A DNA stretch of 64,000 bases, from the NCBI RefSeq assembly GCF_009914755.1, contig NC_060944.1. One strand, 5' to 3'. Numbering within the stretch: position 1 is the stretch's first letter; the number at the start of each line of letters is the position of its first letter. Origin of the DNA: the human T2T-CHM13v2.0 reference genome, Homo sapiens. Below the pieces are notes generated by a model that was not told the DNA's origin, did no database searches, and saw nothing but the letters and a program-made list of their open reading frames with translations. Shown here in pieces: positions 1 through 26,696 of this stretch. The position numbers and the translations under genes were made by a program.

Positions 1-300
1 CTGGGTCAGCAGCGCCAGCAACACCTGGAAGCTTGTGAGAAATGGGAAATCTTGGGCCCACCCAGACCTAGACAATCAGAAACAATTTTAATAACATCCC
101 AGGTGATTCACTGGCACATTAGATTGCAAGAAGCATGCTTTATATATACTCATTGGCACATCAGGTTGCAAGAACCAGTGTTTCTCAACCTTGACTGTAA
201 AATAGCATTTCCTGGGAGGGAGAGGGGGTGGTGGCTGAAAATCCTAATGCCCAGGGCACCCTTTGGAGCAATTACATTAGACTCTCTGGGAGTGGAAACC
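1..300. mobile_element. MER5-type hAT MITE fragments
   Basis: cttgtgagaaatg...gggcccacccagacct...ccaggtgattc and cagtgtttctcaacctt termini. Confidence 0.55.
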
Positions 301-308
301 AAATATCC

Positions 309-455
309 CTTTTTTTTTTTTTTTTTGAGATGGAGTCTCGCTCTGTCGCCCAGGCTGGAGTGCAGTGGCACGATCTCACCTCACTGCAACCTCTGCCACC
401 AGGGTTCCAGCTATTCTCCTGCCTTAGCCTCCTGAGTAGCTGGGATTACAGGCAG
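309..455 (-). mobile_element. Alu (right arm only)
   Basis: polyT followed by gagatggagtctcgctctgtcgcc. Confidence 0.9.
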
Positions 456-562
456 CATGCACCTGTAGTCCCAGCTACTCAGGAGGCTGAGGTGGGAGGA
501 TTGTTTGAGCCCAGCAGTTTGAGACTAGCCTGGGCAACATAGTGATATCCCTGTCTCAAAAA
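456..562 (+). mobile_element. Alu monomer (FLAM/AluJ-like), fused head-to-head
   Basis: cctgtagtcccagctactc...cctgtctcaaaa. Confidence 0.85.
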
Positions 563-589
563 TACACATTAAAAAAAAAACTTTAACTG

Positions 590-990
590 CATAAAATGGA
601 TATTATCACGAGCAAAATCAATTACATGTATACAAAGGTATTAATGTATTTATAAAAACAAATCTGAGGTATCATACCCTATGTGCTTCTTTATTAATGC
701 ATTTAATAACAAAATTCAGAGCAGGGTTTAATAACCACGATAATTCCAAAGTCATGACAAGGTGAGTAATATTTCCAGATATCCACGGCTGCTGGAATGC
801 TATGGGAAAAGATCCGTGGCTTCAAATGGTGGCAAAGTGGCAGGTACTTGTGCCACTGCATGGTGTGTTGCCAACTTTCACAATCAAGGAAATGCTAAGT
901 TAGAGTTAGAACTTAGAGAAAGTAACTGTTTGTAGACTTTCCCATGCAAGGTCACAGACCTCCTGAATTCTATCCCTGAAATCCCTGGCT
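590..990. mobile_element. Old hAT-Charlie-like DNA transposon fragment
   Basis: Resembles the Charlie terminal region (ttcccatgcaaggtcacagacc...gaattctatcc). Confidence 0.4.
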
Positions 991-1102
991 CTGGTAAAGG
1001 GAGACAGACAAGCTGATGATAATACAGTGTGATTAAGGGCTAAGATTAGGGGAAGTAATACAAAAAGGGGAACTGCAGTTCCCCTTTTTAAATATGTCTG
1101 CA

Positions 1103-1400
1103 GGCTGGGTATGGTGGCTCATGCCTGTAATCCCAGCATTTTGGGAGGCCGAGGCAGGCAGATCACGAGTTCAGGAGATGGAGACCATCCTGGTTAACAC
1201 AGTGAAACCCCGTCTCTACTAGAAATATAACAAATTAGCTGGGCATGGTGGCACACACCTGTAGTCTCAGCTACTCGTGAGGCTGAGGCAGGAGAATCAA
1301 CGTGAACCCAGGTGGCGGAAGTTGCAGTGAGCCGAGATCACACCACTCCACTCCAGCATGGGTGACAGAGTGAGTCTCTGTCTCAAAAAAAAAAAAAAAA
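1103..1400 (+). mobile_element. Alu (Sc/Y-like)
   Basis: Full dimer with A tail. Confidence 0.93.
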
Positions 1401-1412
1401 TCTGCAAATTTT

Positions 1413-1716
<304 letters not shown>

Positions 1717-1823
1717 TTGCAAAATTGCAAATTTTCTGCAAATTTTTGATGCTCCTCTCAAGAGGCAGAATGTAAGTCCTCACTAACCCACCTCCCCTGA
1801 ATGTGCAAGACTTAGTGCTCATT

Positions 1824-1992
1824 TCTTTTTTTTCTTCTTCCTTCCTTCCTCCCTCCCTCTCTCTTTCTCTCTCTCCTTTTCTTTCTTTTCTTTCTTTCTT
1901 TTTCTCTTTCTCTCTCTCTCTTTCTCCTTCCTTCCTTCCCTTCCTCCCTCCTTCCCTCCTTCCTTCCTTCCTTTCCTTTCCTTCTTTCTTTC
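1824..1992. repeat. Polypyrimidine (TTCC/TC) tract, Alu-tail derived
   Basis: About 170 bp of C/T only. Confidence 0.95.
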
Positions 1993-2308
<316 letters not shown>

Positions 2309-3339
2309 TGACATTGCATGACTTCCAAGGCCAGGCCATAAAAGACAATCCGGACATCAAGTGTCAGAAACATGAAAGGGAAGTCTTCGAAATGACTCCA
2401 ACCTGGGTCATCGTCTAACTAGGGCTGCAAGAACCACCCCGCTGAGCCCTGCCAGCCCCTGAATCATGAGATACAGTAACAACAAACTATTATTATTGTT
2501 TTATGTCAAACCCAGACTAGAGAGTGGGAAAAAAATGTTCCTAGAAGAGCTGGTGTTGAGCTAAGACTGAAGAATGAGTATGAGGTGGCCAAGCCAGGGC
2601 AAGAAGAATACCTTATGCAATTCATGTCAATTCAAGAGGACAATTTTTGTAGCCAGCTGCCCTAGATTTCACAGAATGCCCACATTGCAGACCTCCATGA
2701 ACCCCAAAACACTTGAGAGATGCAAATATTTCGGTGTCCAATTTAAATTTCCCACACTGCTTCTTGGACTCAACTGCTATATAGATTTCTTTTGTCTGAT
2801 CTTGTGCACCAATTTTGGGTTTGGAAATATGGTCATGCCCCAAATCATGGAAACAATCTTCCCTTCTACGTCTGAAGAATCCTAGGCTTCAGTGATCATG
2901 AAAGACATCGCCATCATCTCCTCCTTTTACTACATAATCAAGCATGAAATAAAAGACCTGTTAAAAAAAATAAATAAATATGGGGGGTCACCATATCCCC
3001 ATTGTGTGATCTGAAGGATCCCCAGTGAGTCCCTACTTTCACCCATCAACATTCGCCAACCTCCAATTTTCTCATCCTCTCTGTTGTCTGATATTCTACT
3101 ATCAACAATGCGTTTCTTAGAAGAAACTCTGCCCCTTTCCAAATCACATTTTTTCTCTTTTAAATGCAAGTCCCCTGGGGAAAGAAAGAAATGACTGTGA
3201 CATTTAGTGCTAACGGTGTAGTATAAATTTGGGTATATAATTTCTTTTCTACTGGAGAGAAGAGATTAAGAAACTTGACAGGATCCTTTGTAAGAAAGGG
3301 AATGAGATGAGAGGTACAAGTCTGGTGTTTTGGGTGGCT

Positions 3340-3972
<633 letters not shown>

Positions 3973-4045
3973 TAATCAGGCACTGGTCAGATGAAAATGC
4001 TTTAGACACACAGGTAAACATGAGTTAGTGTCCAGTTAGTATAGA

Positions 4046-4249
4046 CCAGGGATCTGAAAATTATAACCTTCCAGTCAAATCCGATGCCCCCACCCCCATG
4101 TTTTTGTGAATAAAGTTATGTATTTAGGTGCAATGGCTGATTTTGCACACAAGTAGCAAAGTTGAGTAGCTGCAACAGAGACCAGCAGGCCCACAAAGCC
4201 AAATATATCAACTATCAGTCCCTTTACCAAATAAGTTTGCCAACCCCTG
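4046..4249. mobile_element. MER58A-like hAT MITE
   Basis: caggga...gagtagctgcaacagagacc...ggcccacaaagcc...agtttgccaacccctg. Confidence 0.7.
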
Positions 4250-4652
4250 GTGTCAAGCCGTGGAGAATGTGTGTCTGGAGATGTAGAATCTGGGACTCAG
4301 AAGGCTCTTGTTAGGTTAGAAACTTTCGTCCTGGCAATGTTACTTATAATGAGCATTCACCCTTCTTCCGTCCTTCTCTGCAGGGTTAGGTGTGTTTGAT
4401 TGCATTTTCTGCCTGATTTGATTGCAGCCAACTCTTTGGCAGCATTGTCACTCTGAGGCTACAGAGGGGACTTTTCAGTTAAACTTTCAAAGTCTGCAGC
4501 CTATTACAAATCACAGTACTGCTAAACTGAGACAAAGAATGAGAAAGACCTCTTATCCCTCTTTAAACAACCTGGATCCACGGGCTTCAGCAGCTGCGGT
4601 CATCTGGCACCAGCCCATCAGACAAGTTGCAAGAAAGGAAGATGAGAAATAT

Positions 4653-5019
<367 letters not shown>

Positions 5020-5108
5020 TATGAGTTAGGTAAAGCAATGCACTTTTCCAGAAACTCCCAGAAAGGACATAATTAACCCAGGGAGAAGGAATACCTAATT
5101 TAAAATTA

Positions 5109-5413
<305 letters not shown>

Positions 5414-5494
5414 TGAGAAGAATGATTTGGAAAAGCAAGAGGCAACTTCTAAGCCTTTTCCCCCTTGATGAATAGCAAAAATTGTTTAAACAAT

Positions 5495-5720
5495 AGTGAT
5501 TCACCTTTATCGAATATTTACTATGTGCCAGATTTCTCTCAACTGGAATAAATTAACTCATGAAATATTCCTAACAATGTGAGGTTGATACTCTCATTGT
5601 CGTCATCTTACAGCTGAGAAGATTGAGGCTCAGAGAGGTTAAGTTACACAACCAAGGCAACACAGCCAGGAAGAGGCAATGTCAAGATTTGAACCCAGGC
5701 TCCTGAGCAACCACACTACA
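5495..5720 (-). mobile_element. MIR
   Basis: Core: ttacagctgagaagattgaggctcagagaggttaagt...atttgaacccagg. Confidence 0.75.
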
Positions 5721-5757
5721 CTAGAGTGAAGGTTCTACTACAGTTGGGTCAAGGTAG

Positions 5758-6087
<330 letters not shown>

Positions 6088-6272
6088 CGCTTATAACTCA
6101 TTTTTAAAACCTCTCTCTTACATTTCTTCTTCACTTTTTCAACAACCTAATATTGAGGACCTACCAGCCTAGACTTAGGCCCTAGGGCCACAAAGATGAG
6201 TGAAAATCAATACTATTCAAAAGCCTAAATTTCTATCCAAATTATTGGTTTAACTCAAAGTTTTGATTTCTG

Positions 6273-6569
6273 GGCGGGGTGTGGTGGCTCACGCCTGTAA
6301 TCCTAGCACTTTGGGAGGTTGGAGGTGGGCGGATCACTTGAGGCCAGGAGTTCGAAACCAGCCTGGCCAACATGGCAAAACTCCGTCTCTACTAAAAATA
6401 CAAAAAAATTAGCTGGGCATGGTGACACGCACCTGTAATCCCAGCTACTCAGGAGGCCGAGGCAGGAGAATCACTTGAACTTAGGAGGCAGAGGTTGCAG
6501 TGACCTGAGATTGCACCACTGCACTCCAGCCTGTGCGACAGAGCGAGACTCTGTCTCAAAAAAAAAAAA
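6273..6569 (+). mobile_element. AluS-like
   Basis: TSD aaagttttgatttctg. Confidence 0.93.
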
Positions 6570-7217
6570 GTTTTGATTTCTGCTGGCAACTCCTCTTTGG
6601 GATGCTTTAAGCTGTTATCCCATGTTAGAGCCTCTGTATAAATCAATGTTTCGCCAGGGACGTTAGCCATCCTCCAAAGATTCATGTACTCTCTTTACAA
6701 CATAGAGCTGTTTCAAAGTCTTCTTTGTGAAAAAGAAAAATCAACCCTCTTCAGCAGGATGAATGTGACGGCCCAGACTAGATGTGCTGAGCTACCTCAG
6801 TTAGTAGCCTGGTGACCTCTGGGAAGGTTTCGGTGCACATGCTGATGGGCCTGGAAGCCTTTGGTTCTGAAGGATGGAGGGATGGAGGCAGCTCTGGCAT
6901 TTTGTGGGTGGTACTGTTCATATGTGTGCTCGTGTGTGTGTGTGTCTGTTTAGTGTGTTTGCTTTGGGCAGAAGGGTACCCCAAGGAAGTGATTTGGAAG
7001 GGAGGAAGGCAAGAAGAAGGTATTACAGCTGTCACCCTTGGAACTGGTTTTAAAAGAGGTGATAATGGAAGAAGCTGATTCACAAGAAACTTCTAGGAGA
7101 CTCTAAGCCCAAGCGATGTTGCTTGGGTAGAGCTGGCCAGAAAGTGAGGCACTCATTTTGGGCACAAAAATTCAAGGGGTAGTTCCAAAACTTCAGTAAT
7201 CATGGTAAATATTTTAA

Positions 7218-7500
<283 letters not shown>

Positions 7501-8133
7501 GCAATATTTTTTTAAAAATCAAAATTAATGCCAAAAATTCCATGACGAACAAAATACCAAAACTTAAAGGACAGGACTGGGGGGCCCTGGGGACAACATG
7601 TAGCGATGAGCTGGGGAGAGAAAGCTTCTAGCAGCTTCTGCAAGGAAACTACATGTCTCCGGCCCCTCAGGAGAGGGGCCCTTGGGGGCTTTCAGAGGCA
7701 GAGCCTGCCGCAGACACTGAGTACTTCAGAGGTGCATTGCAACAAGGCAGGGTGAGACACCGTGATGGGGAGTGCATGTCAGCTCTGCTTCTGAGTCTGG
7801 ATGAAAATCCGGCCACAGACTCCTCCAGAGAGTTGTGGAGGAAGGGAGGTCTTTAACCCTCCAATTATGGGCTGGGAGCCACGATAACTTGAACATCAGG
7901 GAGAAAGTACTCATGGCTAGTGAAGCACACATGTGTTTATTTATTTTTACAACAAAGACGGATGCCCCTCCTAGGTGCCAAGTATGCTTAGCCACAGGGG
8001 ACACAGAGCACCAGGAGGCAGGAAACCAGTCAACCCATGGTCAAGGAATCACAAATTATGAGGTGGCCTCAGTGAAGGAGAGCAGAAAGGGTCTATGTCA
8101 AGATCACAGGCTTGATCCCAAGGAGCTACCTGA

Positions 8134-8474
<341 letters not shown>

Positions 8475-8613
8475 CTCCAGTGCCTCTTTACTCCCTTTTT
8501 GTCTTGCCTTCCGTCTTCTCTTTTCTTTCCTTTTCCTATGCCATTGGAACCTCCCAGCCTCAGTCCTCTGGTAGAATTTGAGGCTGAGCAAGTTCATTAC
8601 AAAAATATTTCTG

Positions 8614-9407
<794 letters not shown>

Positions 9408-9420
9408 ATGTACATATTTC

Positions 9421-10040
<620 letters not shown>

Positions 10041-10305
10041 TAGGTGGGAAACAAGAAAAAAGAAAAAAACAAAAAAAGAGAAAAAAACAGGTGGGAAACA
10101 AAGAGAAAAAACTCAAAATTCTATATTCAGAATGATCTAGAGTATGTAAAAATATGTTCATTTAAAAAGGCAAAAATAAAACAAAAAAAATTGGAAGGAA
10201 GGCAATGACAATGATCCTGGCCTTGGAATGCTGGGACCTGAGAAATAAGCCCACCTCTCTACATTCAGATGTTTTTCCAAAAAAAATATAAAATTTTTAA
10301 AAATG

Positions 10306-10629
<324 letters not shown>

Positions 10630-10909
10630 CTAAATAGAAAAATATACGTTATCTTCCCTCATAAGAAAATTTACAGATGATATTTCTGTGAACATGAGAT
10701 TAAATCCTATGGCCTTTCATTATGACATTTTAAAATTTATGTTCTGCCTCATTTCACAAAAGACTTAAAGCAGAAATTTGGACATATTTTATGGAAATAA
10801 CTATTTAGCTGAGACTATGCTCCATTGCTGTAATATTCAAAATGGGGTTTTTTAAAATTATATATTCAGAGGAAGAAGTCCCGGGCATTATAAAGAAGAG
10901 ACATTAAAT

Positions 10910-11950
<1,041 letters not shown>

Positions 11951-12211
11951 ATATATTATATATATATGTCGGACTCTCAGTCAAGTAAAGTTGCATCAAT
12001 ACTAAGTTTAATGAGTATTTTTTCTAGAGAATTCTGAGTCTCTGTTGTGCTAAGGTACATGGTAAATCCCCAAGAGATGCACCTATTATCCAGTGGTGAA
12101 TCTTATTATTCATTATAAACATCTTATTAATAATAATCATATAATTAATGTTACTACATGGTGACCTTCTGCCAGAAACCATGCTGAGCATTTTGTAGGG
12201 ATTAACACATT

Positions 12212-12520
<309 letters not shown>

Positions 12521-12627
12521 TCACTAGAGTTAAGAATCTGTGAGATAAGAATCATTGTTAATAACTTATTCTACAACATTAATGTGCCAAAGAACACAGT
12601 TTTGGAAATGCAACTCTAGACCCTAGA

Positions 12628-12838
12628 ACAGGGTTTCTCTACCTCAGCACTATTGATATTCCAAAGCTTCTTTGTTACCAGCACTGTCCTGTGCATTGTA
12701 GGATGTTTAGCAGCATTCCTGGTCTCTACCCAAAATGCTAGGACTACCCTCCCATCCCAATTGTGACTACCCAGGATGTCTCCAGACATTGCCATATGTC
12801 CCATGGGAGGCAAAATCACTCCCACTCAAGAACCACTG
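12628..12838 (+). mobile_element. MER20
   Basis: cagggtttctctacctcagcactattga...ctgtcctgtgcattgtaggatgtttagcagcat...tgtctccagacattgcca...aagaaccactg. Confidence 0.85.
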
Positions 12839-12843
12839 CTGGA

Positions 12844-12952
12844 GGCTGCTCCAAAGGTAGTGAGTTATCTCAATTCATTGTTCACAGTCCGTTACAGATA
12901 GAACTCCTGGTTCTACTCTTTCCCCTTCTTACTACTGCACTCGACTAGCCTT
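12844..12952 (+). pseudogene. Y1 RNA (RNY1) retropseudogene
   Basis: GGCTGCTCCAAAGGTAGTGAGTTATCTCAATT...CTACTGCACTCGACTAGCCTT, about 90% similar to recalled hY1. TSD aaccactgct at 12831-12840 and 13475-13484. Confidence 0.92.
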
Positions 12953-13031
12953 AACCAATAAATTAAAACATATATATAATATTTTTATATACTATGTTAT
13001 AACATATAATGTGTACACGAAATTATATGTA

Positions 13032-13392
<361 letters not shown>

Positions 13393-13944
13393 TTATATAT
13401 AACATATATATGACATATATGTTATATATAACATAATATATAATATTATATATATAATTATATATTTTTTTAAAAACCACTGCTATAGAGTCTGTAGCAA
13501 TGTGTGCAGATTTTTTAGTGGAAACTGTGTCAGAATGATCTTTTAACTGGATTTGAACAAACTTAGTCCTGGGACACTATCTTAAAAACAGTTGGTAGTC
13601 GTGGCTTATGGTGTAATCAACAAAACAAGTATTGCTATCTCTGATAAATCATCATGTGCGCTCCTTGTAACACTTTCTGGATATTCTAAAATATTCTAGC
13701 CTTTGACCCAATAATTCCACTTCTGAAAAATCTAACCATGAGGAAATCGGAAATGTGAACAAAGGTAAATGCACAAAAATATCAACATAGTGTTTCTATA
13801 AATAACGAACACTCCAAAGAAACCAAGACTCAGCTTAGGGTATTGGTGTCAAAATGTATGTTTCATTCATCAGTGGAAGGCATTACATTGTTCAAAACTT
13901 ATGACTACAAAGAATATTAATAACTGGGGGAATGTTTTCTCTTA

Positions 13945-14296
<352 letters not shown>

Positions 14297-14370
14297 TCAA
14301 TCTCAAAACAAAATGTTAATGTATAAAAAGAACAGTGCTCAAATGTTAATACTTCAAAACTGTGAGGTTA

Positions 14371-14693
<323 letters not shown>

Positions 14694-14814
14694 CTATGAC
14701 CAACTAGGGGTAGTTCTTAATTTGCCAAGAAACCTTTCTCTTTTCTAAAGCAACTGAAGAAACCAGAGAAGAGTAAAGCTCATTCGTTGTTGCTACTGTT
14801 TGGATGCACTCCTT

Positions 14815-14970
14815 AGCACTATGTCCTCACTAGCTGTGTACAGGTGCAAGGTCTGGTGTCCTCATCTATAAAATGGGGATGATAAAGGTTCCTATCTCAA
14901 ATGTAGTTGTAACATTTAAATGAGACAATGCATGAAAAATGCATGGCCCATTGGACATGCTCCGTAACTG
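14815..14970 (+). mobile_element. MIR fragment
   Basis: cctcatctataaaatggggatgataa...ttaaatgagacaatgcatg. Confidence 0.65.
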
Positions 14971-15283
14971 CGAACTATTTCCCGGTCTGTGGAAATGTAC
15001 AATGTGTTCGGGGAAATTCAGATGAGTTATTCTTTCTTTGTTATCTTGATTTCCTTAAGAATTTTTCTCAAACCAAAAGAATTAACACCTTTAAAACAAT
15101 GCCTTCCAACACTGATCTTTATGCAAGTCTCAATGAAGTTTTCACTGATTTGTTTTTCATGAGGGTTTTTTTTTTTTTTCAATTTAAAGGACAGTCCTTC
15201 AGTCTTCAATTATGTTTTTCCAACTGTCTTGGTTTCTCTTTTGTGAAATGATAGTGAGAGTAAATGCCAGTTGGATTTTTTGA

Positions 15284-15769
<486 letters not shown>

Positions 15770-16418
15770 TAAGCATGTCATGCAATTGCCTACCCTACCA
15801 AAAAAAAAAAAAACAGTTCTTTGGAGGCTAAGCAGTGCCCTTTCCTTTGGGTCATCATCTGTGTGTGACAACATAAGTACCGGGGGAATCAACTTAAGAT
15901 CTTATGGGGCAGCTCCAGATGCAATTGTCCTGTAGACAGGAATGTATGCAGGGAGCCCTTGCTCTCCAGCTTAACAGGTCAGAATCCTCACTGTGACAGT
16001 ATGAGCCAATGGCTGGTCTGGTTTACATTTGTTTACCCGGAGTTCTACAGTTGCTGATTAATTTCCTAAGGTTGGCCTAGAAATCCAGTAGCTGGTTTAT
16101 TTTAGTTTCTCTTGCAGCCTTTGTTTCCAAGTTGCAACCAATTGCTATTCTTAGCTAATACTTCCCTCGTGTGGACAGAAGCTGCAATACCAGTGCCTGG
16201 GAGAAAAACCTTTTCCTCTGATCCATTTGAAGTCCTCTCTCTAACGGGCTGCCTTTAATAAAACTAAAAGCTGTCTCTACCTGCGTCTGGGTTCTGAGTG
16301 CTGTAGAGAGAGAAGGTAACCCAACTGAGTAGAGACTGCTCTAGGTTGTGAGTGCAAATCGAGGCTTCACTGCTGGGATGACGCCCCCTCAGGCCTCAGT
16401 TTCCTAATAAATAGAACA

Positions 16419-16735
<317 letters not shown>

Positions 16736-17031
16736 TAGAACAGTAGCCTTCACACACTAGGTATAAGATAGAAAAGTTGAAAATACAGCATATTCTCCTA
16801 GGCATAAATTAAAATTCAATAAACATTCACTATAACTCAGTTCTTGTAGAAATTTAATTATATGCCCAGAATTTATGTCACATATATAACAGAGTTTCAA
16901 ACGTATTCAAACGTTACAGTTAATAAGATACAAAGCCATTCACTAGACCAATAAATGTCTTGGTAGTCTTTGTTATTAAGGGTTGCCTCAACTAATATCA
17001 TCCATTCATTTATTCAAAATATATTTATTCA

Positions 17032-17353
17032 GGCCGGACATGGTGGCTCATGCCTGGAATCCCAGCACTTTAGAAAGCCAAGGCAGAAGGATCACTTGAG
17101 CCCAGGAATTTAAAACCAGCCTGAACAACATGGCATTACCCTATCTATACCAAAAAATACAAAAATTAGCCAGGCATGGTGGTACATGCCTGTAGTCTCA
17201 GCTACTCGGGATGCTGAGGTGGAAGGATCACTTGAGCCCAGAGGGTGGAGGCTGCAGTGAGCCGAGGCTGCACCATTGCACTCCACACTGGGCAACAGAA
17301 TGAGACCCTGTCTCAGAAACGAAACAAAAAACAAAACAAAACAAAACAAAAAA
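17032..17353 (+). mobile_element. AluJ-like
   Basis: TSD tcaaaatatatttatt. Confidence 0.92.
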
Positions 17354-17393
17354 CTCAAAATATATTTATTTAGATGTATTCACTGAAGACTTA

Positions 17394-17695
17394 GCCAGGC
17401 ATGATGGCTCACACTTGTTATCCAGCACCTTGGGAGGCCAAAGAGGAGGATTACTTGAGGCCAGGAGTTTGACACCAGCCTGAGCAACATAATGAGACTT
17501 TGTTCCTACAAAGAAATTCAAAAATTAGCTGGGTATGGTGGCACGTGCCTATAATCCCAGCTACTCAGAGGGCTGAGATAGGAGGATCCCTTGAGTCTGG
17601 AAGTTTGAGGTTTCAGTGAGCTACGATTGGGACACTACACTCCAGCCTGTGCAACAGAGCAAGACCATCTTTAAAAAAAAAAAAAAAAAACAAAG
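17394..17695 (+). mobile_element. AluJ-like
   Basis: Diverged dimer. Confidence 0.9.
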
Positions 17696-17957
17696 CAAGT
17701 ACTATTATTTAGACTAAAAGTCTAGGAAAGAGTATCACACTAATATGGGGTCTTAATATTGCAAAGTAAAAGAAAAAAGGAGCAGGGTGACCCACGTGAG
17801 CAAGCAGTTCCACTCCTAGTTATACACTCAAAGAACTTAAAAAGGACATTCAGACAAAAACTTGTCCAGCAATGTTCACAGCAGCATTACTCACAATAGC
17901 CAAAAGATGAAGACCATCCAATGTCCGTACTGATGAATGGATAAACAAAATGTGGCC

Positions 17958-18680
<723 letters not shown>

Positions 18681-18784
18681 GTTGGTCTATCCACATCACG
18701 GAATATTATTCAGCTATAAAAAGGCATGAAACACTGATCCATGCTCCACCATGAGTAAGCCTCAAAAACATTATGCTAAGTCCC

Positions 18785-19093
18785 AGCTGGGCTCAGTGGC
18801 TCACGTCTGTAATCCCAACTTTGGGAGGCCTAGGTGGGAGGATCACTTGACCCCAGGAGTTCCCGACCAGCCTGAGCAACATAGTAAGACCTTCTTGTCT
18901 CCTCAAAAAATAAAAATAAAAAAAATTACCCGAGTATTGTGCTGAACACCTGGGGCCCCAGCTACTCAGGAGGCTGAGGCAGGCAGGAGGATCACCTGAG
19001 CCCAGGAGGTCGGAGCTGCAGTGAGCTGCGATTGCGCCACTGCCCTCCAGCCTGGGTGACAGAGCAAGACCCTGTCTCGAAAAAAAAAAAAAA
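18785..19093 (+). mobile_element. AluJ-like inside the L1MB
   Basis: Full dimer. Confidence 0.9.
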
Positions 19094-19500
19094 AGTTACA
19101 CTAAGGGCAAGAAACCAGACACAAAAAGCCACATAATTCCAGTCATATGGAATGCCCAGAATAGGTAAATCCATACAGACAGAAGCTAGATTAGTGGTTG
19201 CCAGAGGCTAGGGGAGGGAAGGATGGCGGGTGGTGGCCTAACTGGGCTTCCTTTTGAGACAATGGAAATATTTTGAAACTTGATAATAGAGGTGGTGGTT
19301 GCACAACGTTGTCAGTGTACTAACAGCTATTGAATTGTACACTTTAATATAGTTTTTCTTTTTGAATTTTTTCTTCTTTTTACATATATTTTGTTTATTG
19401 GCCTCCAGCTTTGCATAATGTGGTATATTTTATGTTTTGTAAATTTTACCTCAATATAAATAAACATATACATTTTCAAAACATTTTTAAATGTGTGTGA

Positions 19501-19895
<395 letters not shown>

Positions 19896-19949
19896 TAACC
19901 ACTCAAAGGCTCAGTTTCCTCACCTGAAAAAGGAAGGATATGTAGTTCC

Positions 19950-20253
<304 letters not shown>

Positions 20254-20376
20254 TGAGTTTGTTGTGAAGATTAAACAACACATTTATCACAATTAAGATA
20301 GCATCAGGATCAGAGTGAGGGTTTTGTAGCAAAGTTTTTGTTTGGTTTTGTTTTGTTATTTGGAATCAATGGAGCA

Positions 20377-20383
<7 letters not shown>

Positions 20384-20433
<50 letters not shown>

Positions 20434-20436
20434 ACA
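20384..20436. repeat. (CA)n microsatellite
   Basis: Direct reading. Confidence 0.97.
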
Positions 20437-20636
20437 GAGCCTTTGAAGTGAGACACGCGTTTGAATTTTGGCTCTGCCACCTACAACCTGGACCACATTG
20501 GGTAAAGCTGTTTAGACTCTCGAATCCTCAGTTTCCCAGCTCCTTAAGTACAGGATCTCATCTGACCTTCCTCATTAATACTGAATGACTTCAATTTAAG
20601 CAACGCCTGCATATATGACTGCTCACTAAAATATTA

Positions 20637-20945
<309 letters not shown>

Positions 20946-21089
20946 TCATTGAAATGATAAAATAGAATCTTAACTTTTCCAGTTATTTTACAGGTTATGA
21001 TAATCAAACATGTGACAACATTAAGCACCCTGGTAGAGGCAAGATTTGCCAGGCGGCTCTCACATACCCCTGCCTCCCACAATACTACC

Positions 21090-22330
<1,241 letters not shown>

Positions 22331-22474
22331 TCAAATATCAAATGATCATTTCACTGACTTTTCCAATTGTGTTTTTAACAGCTTTTTTAAAAGCAAGAAT
22401 ATTTTAACAGCTTTAACAGAAAAGTACAATTTTGATTGCTGATTATGAAATGCAATTGTCTGAATAGTAGCTAA

Positions 22475-23250
<776 letters not shown>

Positions 23251-23609
23251 TTCAAATGTTTTTGAATAATGTGTTCTATTTTATTTATTAGGCAAATTTT
23301 AGTTCATTTTTGTCAATTTCACCAATGGCCTATCAGCCTTGTTTTTGTTTTTCTAAAAATGAATATTTTAATTAAGTTTAATTTACATAATTTTATTTAC
23401 TACGCTATTTCTCCAGCTCCTACGATGTACTGGGCAGAATGTCATGTGCTTGGCAGAGAGTTATGAACTATGAACCAAACCGAAGTCATCCTTGACCTCC
23501 AGGAGTTTGTGGTGTGCCAAGGGCTGAGGGCAAATAAACTGATGCTCACAGCCCTGCAAGTAACAGGAAAGTGGGAGTGCTTCGGGATCAGGCAGGAGAG
23601 GAGGCCCTA

Positions 23610-24000
<391 letters not shown>

Positions 24001-24258
24001 CTAATTTCAACAAGGAGGGGACCAGGCCACCCTGAAATAAGATTTTTAGAGCCTTTCTAATGTGGAATTCACATTATTGCAAATTCGGTACATACTGTGG
24101 AACTCTAACAAGCCTCTAATTCACAACTTCAGATTTGCACAATTCAGATTTGCAGAAAATAAGACCTCACTGTGTCAGCTAAAGTCCAAACAGACCAAAT
24201 GCTACTTCTCAAGGTCTTTCAGCTTCTCAACTCCAGGTGTCTTTTGTATCGTAGATGA

Positions 24259-24702
<444 letters not shown>

Positions 24703-24728
24703 TGATAGTATCAAGGACAAATCAATAA

Positions 24729-25138
<410 letters not shown>

Positions 25139-25672
25139 TCTTCAGTGTCTTTTTATTGACCACAAGATAATGCCCACATTTTCTTAACCAGCTCACCACC
25201 ACCTCCTCAGCCTCTTCGTACCCTTTCCTGGCAGAAAACTCCTTACTCAAGGGCATCCCCCTCCTGATGATCCCCGAAATGTGCCTTGTTGCCTTTAACC
25301 TCCTCCCAAGAGGGAAGTTCAGAGGCAACAGCCGGTGCAAACCCTCCCAGATCCTTGTGCAAGCCTCAGATTAGACAGCTCTTCTTCTAGGAAGCCCTCC
25401 CAACCCTCCTCCTGGGGGTCAGGGGCACTGACAGATGAAGCCTTCCAGAAATGGCAATCAAGTTCAATGAGGTGGGAGGAGCAGCTCCGGTCAACCCCGT
25501 CGGTGTCTCCGCATGAATATTCAGCCTCATTTGGAATTAACATCAATGATGCAATGGCCCTCGGGTCAGACACCATGATGGAAAACACAGCTGTGCTAAG
25601 TCCAGTCACTTAAACCCTCTGCTAAACCTCCCCACAGCTTCCCATCACACCTAGAGCAAAAGCTAAAAATTG

Positions 25673-26612
<940 letters not shown>

Positions 26613-26696
26613 AGGAGGTGTATTGTGAGTCATAACCTCAATTTGTTCATACTTTACTCTGCTATTTTTTCCTTTTTTAAAATTGAAGTATAATAC

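Noticed and set aside
12844-12952. Functional Y RNA gene
   Set aside because: TSDs, decayed tail, stem mutations and no evident type-3 Pol III promoter indicate a retrocopy.
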